A DNA stretch of 59,400 nucleotides, filler included, from Basidiobolus ranarum (lineage: Eukaryota): the NCBI GenBank assembly GCA_040143965.1. It is 8 parts of 8 records of this genome, joined end to end, with 100 filler letters (N's around TTAATTAATTAA, not from the genome) between each part and the next. Parts side by side here need not be neighbours in the genome. Positions count along the whole stretch, not along the records: positions 44,645 to 51,974 come from JASJQH010001138.1; positions 52,075 to 59,400 come from JASJQH010001139.1; 6 more parts are not named here. One strand, 5' to 3'. This document shows, in pieces, positions 50,565-59,400 of the stretch. The position numbers and the translations under genes were made by a program. The notes beneath the pieces are model-generated. The model saw only the letters and a program-made list of their open reading frames with translations. It did no database searches and was not told where the DNA came from. The stretch's first letter is position 1. Each line of letters opens with the position of its first letter.

Positions 50565-51340
50565 CTAAACCTTAAATGTTGCCTTCTTTCTATTACGGTT
50601 GCGTTTACTTCTAAGGTCAGTTAATTCCCCAATGACTGTCTCGGGGAAAGGAGGGGATGCAAGAGTAGGAGTATAAGTAACTTCAGCAACAGCATCGGGT
50701 TCAGTATCAAATGGACCGTCTAAAATAGGACAAATTAGTTAATAACTCAACCGATGCAATGAAGTGTGGAAAAAAGCACCTTTTCTGTTTTCTTTGTATT
50801 CAAGGTAGACAGGCTTAGGAATCTCGGTGTTGGTACCAGCAGCAAATCGACGCCATTGTAACTTACCGCTTTCGGAGTCAGGAAGTTTTCTCATGTCAAT
50901 CTTGGTTGGGCGTCTAGTAGGTACAGATATAAATAATTATTTTCAATATTATGTTCTTTAGTAAAGTGCTGACCTAGTGTTGGGATCGAGAAGTGCAACA
51001 TTAGATATATGAATAGGCATTTCCTTTTGAACTTTGCCAGATGGTGTAGATTCGCTCATGCGTACGTGATTCCAGACCTATACAAAAATGGTTGTAAGTC
51101 AACTGATTGAGAAGTGCATGTGTATTTGCTTCAACTTACAAGGTTTTTTTCAGCAACCACGACGCTGTTATTTTTACGAAGAACTTGCGCAATTCTGCCA
51201 GTTTCGCCCTTATCCTTACCGGTGACAATCATAACCTCATCACCTTTAACCAAATTCCAGGTCTTCAGTAGATCTCTAGGATTAACCCAATGTTCCTTGG
51301 GCAAAATTCTACTGGAAAGTCTCATAAGATTTCTAGGCAT
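50565..51340 (-). CDS. MRPL40: Mitochondrial ribosomal protein uL24m, 4 exons
   Basis: KOW motif WNLVKGDEVMIVTGKDKGETG, EMPIHISNVALLDP, DGPFDT, PPFP. Confidence 0.88.
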
Positions 51341-51705
51341 GGTGGATTAAGAAGACGAGCTGGAATGTGGAAAATGATTGAGCTCTTGATATTCACTAAG
51401 AAATTTTTTACCCCGAACATCCATTCAAACCCTCAGAATTTTTCTTGGATTAGGTTAGACGGATAAATTAATTAAGCCATATCTATTCTGCCTGTGTTTT
51501 TGAAATATACACTTTCCATTAATTTGGGTATATTGTGATTAAACATGTTTTAAGTAATCCCATCTAAACATTAAGTTTCATAAAAAAATTCAAACATCTG
51601 TCATTCCTAGATAAAATTTTTGAGGATTTCCTAGTTCTCCGTGGTGTATGAAGCTTTTGTATTGTATTTACATTCCTCATACGAAGTGGTCTAGTTCAAC
51701 ACGAA

Positions 51706-51974
51706 ATGCTTTCGAGTTTATCTATAAACCTATGCAGCAAAGTTGCCAAGGCCAGCGTTTCTGCAGCAAAGCTCACTAATTGTACTAATCTTACTTCACG
51801 TACGTTTTTTCCCATGAAACCATATTGGTCGAAAAGCACACAGCTTCTAGCGAATCCATTAATAACACTCTATTTGTAGCATTCGTACGTCATTTCTATA
51901 ACAGCAGTTCTCTATCGAGTGAGTTATTCATATAAATTCAAGCGGATACATCTATTTCACGCCGAACAGCTTTA
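51706..51974 (+). CDS. 5' end of a spliced gene with a mitochondrial-presequence-like N-terminus, cut by a linker
   Basis: MLSSLSINLCSKVAKASVSAAK... with GTACG and GTGAG donors. Divergent from uL24m. Confidence 0.45.
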
Positions 51975-52074
51975 NNNNNNNNNNNNNNNNNNNNNNNNNN
52001 NNNNNNNNNNNNNNNNNNTTAATTAATTAANNNNNNNNNNNNNNNNNNNNNNNNNNNNNNNNNNNNNNNNNNNN
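51975..52074. other. Artificial contig linker
   Basis: N44-TTAATTAATTAA-N44. Confidence 0.99.
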
Positions 52075-53260
52075 AGAACAGTAAGGTGATACTTGCCTTA
52101 AATGTAAAAATTGTGATTATAGCTACCAATAATGATGAAGCTCTCAGGAATATCAAAAGAGATCTATCAGTCTAATTCAAGATGACCCATTTAGGTGAAC
52201 TTATATATTTTTGGGCCTGCAGATCCATACACATATATTGAGCAAGTAAATTACTCTGAATCAGTCTAAATAAATCTCAGATATTCTCAGATGCTACAGG
52301 ATGGAGAGTTGCAAGCCTGATGCAAGTCCCATAAAGCCATGTGTCAAACTAGTCAAAAATCCCATCAAAAATGAAGAAATTGGCCAAATATAGCTCAAAT
52401 ATGTCATTTGAAAGCCCTGACTTTCCTTATCAATATATGGTAAGTAGTTTGATCCATACTATGACTGGAACCTGGCCAGATATATCTTTTGCAGTGGGAG
52501 TAGTTAGTCAACATGTGCAAACCCAAGCTCTGAGCTTTATGCAGCAGTCAAGCAGATTTCAGCTAATTGAACAGGACAATTGATCTGGGATTAAGATACA
52601 CATATTCTTATGAGAACAAGGATTGAATTGGGTTTAGTGATGCAGATTGGGGATGTGATATTGAGGACAGAGGATCTATCACTAGATATATCTTTTTCTA
52701 CAGTGACACAGCCAAGTCTTGAAATAGCAAGAAACAACCCAACATAGCACTTTCAACAACTGAAGCTGAGGACATGGCAGCCTCATATACAACAGAGGAG
52801 GCTATGTGGTTAAGGAATCTGTTCCAAGACTTGGGCAATTTTCAAAGTTCACCTACCATAATTTTTGAGGATAATCAAATTTGTATTCTTTTGCTAAAAA
52901 TCCCAAATTTGATGCTACAAGTAAGCACATTGACATTCAACATTACTTCGTTAAGAAAGCTAACAAAAATAAGCACATCCAACTAGAGCATTGTCTAACT
53001 GAGGACATGATTGCTGACCTTTCTACCAAACCATTACCCAAGCGCTAATTTGAAAATTAAGTTTTCAGTTAGTATTAAGAGATATGAATATTTAGTTGCA
53101 TGGGAGTGTTGAAGTTTATTGTCTTTATCATATTTGTAATCTCTAACTTTATACACCTAACTATTTCATATATCACATATAAGTTAGTTAACATTATTTA
53201 GTCATAATATGACATAACTGCAAATTGGAACATACATTATATATATATGTGAATAATGTG
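52075..53260 (+). mobile_element. Ty1/copia RT/RNase H relic with PPT remnant and probable 3' LTR start
   Basis: FKMTHLGE, WPDISFAVGVVSQ, GFSDADWG, SKKQPNIALSTTEAE, IFEDNQ, KHIDI, DMIADLSTKPL. gggag|TGTTG at 53102-53111. LTR end not defined. Confidence 0.9.
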
Positions 53261-53479
53261 AGAATTGGCAATTGCATATTGAAGCATTCAAACTTACCCA
53301 AATTGCCTCAAAGATAGCTCATTTTACTCCCACATATGTTCTGAACACAACCCCAGTGTTAGTTTTCTGTATTTCCACCAAAATGCATAAATGCATTATT
53401 TCTGGACAATAAATAATTATCTCACAAACCTACTCACCACTCCACTGTTGTAAAGTTCCTCATAACAGCCCATATTTTC

Positions 53480-54345
53480 CCAAGAATAATCACCTTCCAA
53501 CAAGGGGCTCTTTTCAATGTGCTCATGGGTTTTTGCATTATTTGATCATAATAATGACAACAAAGCCCAATCCATGTAAACAGAGTAAGTACCTCTATAA
53601 TTTAGACTAATTTGTTTATGTGATTATTTGACAGTATATCTAGGAGAGCTGCATGATAGACTTCTTGGTGAGATAGATTGAGATATGCAGTTTTATTGTT
53701 TTAGCCATGGGGTAATCTACTCAAGCAATGACATATCTACTTGTGGCAGGTCATTTGTTAACTGCAAGTTGGGGATAGATTAGCTGAATTCTTAACATAA
53801 ATTTGCCAAAATCTAAGAGCTTATTCACATAGTGAACAGTAACAAGAGTCAGCCATTCACCAAGTGTCAGTGCTATTCAAAATTTCAGATGTTTTGCATT
53901 TTTTCCACTGTTAGTTTACTGGTAAAGCATATTGATATTATTGAGTTATGCCTGATCAGTCAAGTTTGTGCATATGTAGAGACTAAAAATAAAGAGTTTC
54001 TTGTATTTTTGATTTTCATTATGGCTGGAATATAAAGCTAAAAATTCCTAAATAAAGGCATGCATATTATTTGAATTCCTATGGTGGTAATCCCAGTAAT
54101 GTGCCATTTGAGAATTAGAGTTTTGCAAAAATTGCCAGTTATTAAAAAACATATGCCAAATTTAAGGATGAATATTTTAACATGTATAAATACCATCAAG
54201 ATACCTTCAAGCAGCCACCATCACACCAGCAAAATCCCTGCAGAATGCAAGCCACCAATATTGTGACAGTTGTCTGACAGTTTTGTGATCCAGATGGGTG
54301 GATCCAATCCAGCTTAAATTGGTTTTATTTTTGTTAGGGGTATGT
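53480..54345. mobile_element. CACTA element copy A: transposase 3' end (+) and convergent accessory ORF 3' end (-)
   Basis: Reverse-complement match to ~57715-58575 across its length. Confidence 0.8.
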
Positions 54346-54875
54346 AAGCCAAACATAAACAACATTTACCAGATTCAGTGATTGCCACTTGTGTGCAAAC
54401 AGTACATGACTTCAGGTTCTTCAGATCACCAGTGAAAGCTAGACAACCATTTGGACATGAAGATAGTATAATTACCAAAGGATTATAAGTCATATGATTG
54501 ACAAGTGCTTTCCACTTGTACCAGATCTGTAGCAAGTAACAGTGGCCAATCAACTATGGTAAAAGTGTAAGAAAACCAATAAACACCTGATTTCTAAGGT
54601 TGAATTGAACTCTCCACTCCTCAATATATCTAAGCAAGAATTCATAGTGGATACCTGGGCATCTGTAATATGGTTAGGTGCACACTGCATTGCTCCACCC
54701 ACAACTTCATTTGACTTTGCACAAATTTTGGAAGTGTTGGTTTCCTGTGCCAATGTAGGTTGTGAATCGGTAAAAATCTATTTGGTAATAATATGTATCT
54801 ACCATGGACTTGTTCCATTGTGCCAGGAATTATTGGACCTTGGATCAATATATTGGAGTAAATGTGATTGAAATT
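54345..54875 (-). mobile_element. CACTA/EnSpm transposase N-terminal relic
   Basis: CPNGCLAFTGDLKNLKSCTVC...YIPL is the Tnp2-type Cys motif. 54545-54625 is repeated in the same orientation at 59274-59355. Confidence 0.8.
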
Positions 54876-54876
54876 G

Positions 54877-55643
54877 ATCATGCCAGAGGGTGATGGATAG
54901 TGCCAAATTGTGCCATGTATATTTTAGAATAATTTATCCAACATGATAAATACAGCACAATCTGGCGCTATCACAGAGAACAAGTCCCATATATATCTAT
55001 GAGGGTAGACTTTATTAGCTTCAAGCAGAATTAGGGATCTTTTTATATTTTTGGTAAAAATGTCAAAGTTAGTTTCCTATAGTGTGATCAAGCATGATGC
55101 ATTTTACATTGATCCATTTTGATACATATTTCTAATAAGTTGTTTCAGATCAAATTATGATTAACTCTGTTGATGAATCTTATTATAGGTTTCTGTGCAT
55201 TTATGTGTAATTAAAATAATTAGGATAATTAACATAAAAAGAAACTTTATTATAAAAAATGTAAAGAATTTTACCATGTTAATTGACATTCTTAGATATA
55301 CATCTTACATGAGCTGCATCAATCAATATTGTGCTGGCCCAATACAAGATTAGTACCATGCTCTGCATCTGTTATATATAGTCCTTCCACATTAATCCAA
55401 AAGCAACTACAGGCTTTCCCATCAACAACTTGTAAGCTATATTTGAGAAATATTATGATTCATATACTTCAATACCTACCAACAAGCAATTAGTCAATTT
55501 GTTTAGCTACTACAATCCTATTGTCAAATCAGATGTCAGTGCACTATCCATAGTAAGAATTGTTCCATTTTATTGGGCCAGATCAGGCCAGCTATAAAGT
55601 GTGCCAGTACAAATTGGCACAAATGGGCAATATCTGGCATGAT
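54877..55643 (+). mobile_element. Truncated copy of the IS5/Harbinger-like element, bounded by inverted repeats
   Basis: 54987-55550 matches the reverse complement of ~56430-56887. Perfect 10-bp inverted repeat atcatgccag (54877-54886) / ctggcatgat (55634-55643), with further internal similarity. Confidence 0.6.
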
Positions 55644-55709
55644 GTTACTTGCCATTTCAGAAATAATGGTTTTACTCATGTGGTATTTTCAGAAAAGTAC
55701 TTGTAGACA

Positions 55710-56664
55710 TTATTGTGCATTCAAAAGGTGATGAAAGCTGTATTCATAGGGTGTTAAGTCTAGTGCTTTTGATGAATTTCTTCGAGTATGAATGTATTGA
55801 GAATTAATCAAGATTTAGACTACTTTGACTAACTTTGATTGGGGCTCACAAAATGATTTTCCTCTATACTTTCCTGCTATAATGCTACATCTCTTTTGGA
55901 ATCCGAAGTTATGTTCTACTCTTGCTCTACAATGGGAAAAAATGCTATTTTAAAGGTTTGGCTCTCTGTAAATATCACTCTTCTGGGTCTCTTGGTAGCT
56001 GTGACACATCCTATCCTCATGTATTCTTCCCCAAAATATGCCAAGTCAGCCATAGTGTTCTCATATCTTACAAATGTTGAATGCTTCCAATCCAAAGCCT
56101 TTAGTCATGATGTCTGCCTGGATATGGCCCACTAGACCAAACAAGATTTCCTTCTAAATATTTCAAAGCCTGGAGCTTTACACAGAGAGCTTTGTATTTG
56201 CAAGAATACAATAGCATTTGGTTGCTTTTGGGCATGTTGATTCTCATAGGAAATGTGTCACAAATACTTCTGCTATGAACACTGTTGGAAAATATGCCAG
56301 GAAATGCAAGGAATTTAGAATCCACAAATCTTTTGTCCCAGGCACCTTCAACATCATTCATCACTGAAGCTAGATAACTCTCACTTACTTGAAGCCCTGT
56401 ATCAATGCTTCTCCCACTTTCCCTACCATTAATAGAGCACTGAAATTTGATCAAACAATTGTTTTTGTAGTAACAAAGCAAATTTACTAGCTGCTTCCTG
56501 ATTGATATTAGAGTAAGTGAGCCACAGTATCTCCCAAATGTAGCTTCTAAGGTGGTGATAGGAAAGCCACTAGTTGCAGTTGGATTAATCAAGAATGACC
56601 GTTTAGAGTTGATGATACTAATCTTGTATTGGGCTGGCACAATATAGATTGATCTGGCTTGCAT
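55710..56664 (-). mobile_element. IS5/PIF-Harbinger (ISL2EU-like, DDE_Tnp_4-type) transposase pseudogene
   Basis: ICDTFPMRI..P...Q.LLYS.KYK...VKLQ....G.LVWSSGPYPGRHHD, then across stops and frameshifts MADLAYFG, TATKRPRR..TESQ and NSIFSHCRARVEHNFGFQKR.SII.GKYRG. Confidence 0.8.
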
Positions 56665-56899
56665 ACAATATATATATAAAAGAACTTCAAATATAATAGT
56701 AAAATTCCCTACATTCTGTATAATAAAATCTCCATTTGAATTAATTATCCTAATTATTACATTTATACCTAATTGCCCAGAATTTATATAATAAAATATT
56801 ATTTTATTTCAATAATAAACCAATATTATAAAAAGATCCTTAACTCTTATTGAAACCAATAAAGTCTAACATTGTAGATATATATGGTAGCTAGAAATC

Positions 56900-58000
56900 A
56901 TGTCAAACAGATTCTTCCTGAGTCATGACCTACCTTAGTACAGGAGACCACCACTTCCAAAATTTAGTGTGTGCAGTAAAATGAAGATGTAGGTGGCACA
57001 AAGCAGCAGTCACCCAATGATTTTCAGATTCCCAGGTATCTTCTTTGAGTCTATGCTTGGCCACAATTGCAGGTTCAACTTTCAAGACAAAAGATGTTCT
57101 AAATGGATATCTACCTCTACTCCATAAGACTCTGCAGTAACTGTTGATGGAGATTGCTGAGCTCAAAGCAACATTTCAGGACACTATGGTCAGGGTTAAC
57201 AACTGGGGTGTCAAGAGAAAAGCAAGACAATTTATTAAATAAGTAATATTCCCCAAGGGAACTTGGAGCAGTCCAGACTATTGTACAGATGTATTGGATC
57301 ATTCTAAATCAAAGATACTCCTGACAACATATCAATTTCACAAGATGAATCTACACCACTCACCACTAGAATTGAGGTAACACCTGCAACAAGAGCAAGA
57401 GTCCATCACATTGGTTCATCAGCTAGTAGTACACACTGACAGCAACACCAGCTGAGAAGAGTCCATGATGCTTCTCCTATTTTTGATGATGAGCATGCAG
57501 CTGAAGAAGAGCTTCAAAGAGAATGGCCTATATTCATGCACATCATTATGCATGATTTAGCTGATTAGACCAAACCAACCAGTGAGCTTTTACATCTGGA
57601 GAATAGTCAGCTGCAACAAGCATGCTATCAGACAGATATACCAGTTTAACTTGTACTACCATGTAATAGCAGAACTTGCTTAGCAAACTACTAAGACAGG
57701 AATGTGTTACAATGCATACCCCCTAACAAAAACAAACCTGATTTGATTTGGATTAGATCCATCCATCTGGATCACAAAACTGTCAGAGAACTGTCACAAT
57801 ATTGGTGGCTTGCATTCTCCCAGGGATTTTGATGATGTGGCGGCAGTTTCTTGATGGTATTTTGATGGTACTCATGCATGTTAAATTATTGACCCTGATG
57901 TTTGGCATACATTACTTAAATTCCGGCAATTTTTGCAAAAATCTAATTTTCAAATTGCAAATTACTAGGCATACTACTGTAGGAATTAGAATTAATATGC
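56900..58000 (+). pseudogene. Accessory ORF of the CACTA element, convergent with the transposase
   Basis: Long stop-interrupted frame from ~57320: ...LVLPCNSRTCLANY*DRNVLQCIPPNKNKPDLIWI.SIHLDHKTVRELSQYWWLAF... The 3' part is conserved in copy A. The 5' boundary is a guess. Confidence 0.55.
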
Positions 58001-58029
58001 ATGCATTTATTTAGATATTTAGGCTTTGT

Positions 58030-59400
58030 ATTACAGCTATAATGAAATTCAAAAAATACAAGAATCTTGTTGTATATAGACTAAACATGGGTATATACTT
58101 GAATGAACAGATATAACTCCATAACATCATTATGCTTTCCATCAAACTAGCATTCGAAAAAATGCTAAACATCTGAAATTTTGAATAGGACTGATATTTG
58201 GTAAACAGCTAACTCTTGTTAACATTCCCAATGAGAATAAGCTCTGGGATTTTGGCAAATTTCCATAAATTATTCAGCCTAAATATTCCCAACTTGCAGT
58301 AAACAAATGTCCTGCCACAAGTGTATGTGGCATTGCTTCAATAGATTACCCCATGGCTAAAATAACAATGCTGAGTATCTTGATCTGTCTCACCAAGAAG
58401 TCTGTCTTGCTGCTTTCCTAGCAATTCTATCATATTTTCACAGAAACAAATTTGTCCAAACTATAGAGGTACTTATTTAGAGTCCATGGATTAAATTTTG
58501 TTGCTGTCAATGTGCTCAAACAATGTGAAAGCCCATGAGCACATTGAAAAGAGCCCTTTGTTGGCAGGTTTATATACTCCCGAGTCTCCTCAACCCATTG
58601 CATTACATCCATCACTGATTTGTGGATACATTGTTAGTCAGATTAGCATACAAAAATACTGACATTTCAACACAGAGCATTATTTCACTGCAGCCATGCT
58701 CCATTGGGAGCTCTCAGAATGTATAGTAAGGGCCTATAATCTCTAAGCATTGTGAAAAATGTTGCAGGGAATGTATTAAATACCAGCATATATTCAGTAT
58801 ATCTTCTTTGATCCTGTAATAAAGTTTTTCATGTCTGATTTCAGAATCTTGGCATAGTTGCTGTATTTGCCTGAGATCTGCCAATGTGAGTTGATGCTGT
58901 AAAAATAGATTAACAATATCCACAAACAACTCCTATGTTGCCAATACTTATGACGTAGAAATTTGTTCATTATTCCACTTGAACATATACAAACCCAATG
59001 CTTCAAGTCTTTGCATTTGAATAAATGCCTAGATGAGTGAATAATGATGGGAGTCCTGTTAAAATATGATGGTATCTCAATGTTTTCAAGCATCTTCCTT
59101 ATTGATTCAAACTTTGATCCTTTCTCATATGGCTCATTCATATTGTATTTTCCACTATATAGCAGTGTAAGTAGTATTGAAATGTTGGTCAATAGTAAGT
59201 GCATAGTGCCTAATTGAAAGGCCTGTCTTCAGCTGATCCCCTTTAGCAATATAATCTTTGGCTTATGACTATTGCCAATCAACTTTGGCAAAAGTGTAAG
59301 AAAACCAATAAACACCTGGTTGCTAAGATTGGATTGAACTCTCCACTCCTCAATAATCAAAGTTGCTTCCTTCACTGTAAGTGTTATGAGTGGACTAATA
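58030..59400 (-). mobile_element. CACTA/EnSpm transposase relic copy B with an internal deletion
   Basis: MHLLLTNI, IPSYFNRTP, FKCKDLKHW, EKLYY, IHSLQH, GPYYTF*ELPMEHGC, YANL. N-terminal sequence (59270-59400) is joined directly to the pre-MHLL region. Confidence 0.85.

Noticed and set aside
53270-53470. Third IS5-like transposase fragment (VLNTTPVLVF...)
   Set aside because: Resemblance is too short and degenerate to support without a search.

Overview
AT-rich, intron-rich fungal DNA. Gene content and short GT-AG introns fit an early-diverging fungus (Zoopagomycota/Mucoromycota-like; inference). The window is not one locus: it is eight ~7.3 kb contigs, in descending size order where measurable, joined by artificial 100-bp N44-TTAATTAATTAA-N44 linkers. 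It holds about 25 mostly spliced genes or gene fragments: copper amine oxidase, DUF1769, UMP1, APC10, a CDF zinc transporter, TAF8/TAF3-like, RCF1, MIC60, STE14, a C2H2 factor, RNase H1, SEC2, a 7TM receptor, PAN3, OCA6, RBM18-like, C9orf78-like, nitrilase and uL24m. It also holds several pseudogenes and CpG-depleted Ty1/copia, Ty3/gypsy, CACTA and IS5/PIF-Harbinger-like relics. The most notable items are missed or only partly shown by the ORF track: (1) an intron-containing C-terminal fragment of a Fanzor/TnpB-like RNA-guided nuclease (30427-30836) joined to a decayed PPR gene; (2) a mirror-image pair of diverged modules, each with a CACTA transposase, a convergent accessory ORF and an IS5/Harbinger-like transposase (53480-59400); (3) a four-exon selenoprotein S/K-like gene ending in CxxC instead of Sec; (4) a small secreted protein made of two 4-Cys repeats. 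All calls come from manual translation and motif recognition; no searches were run.
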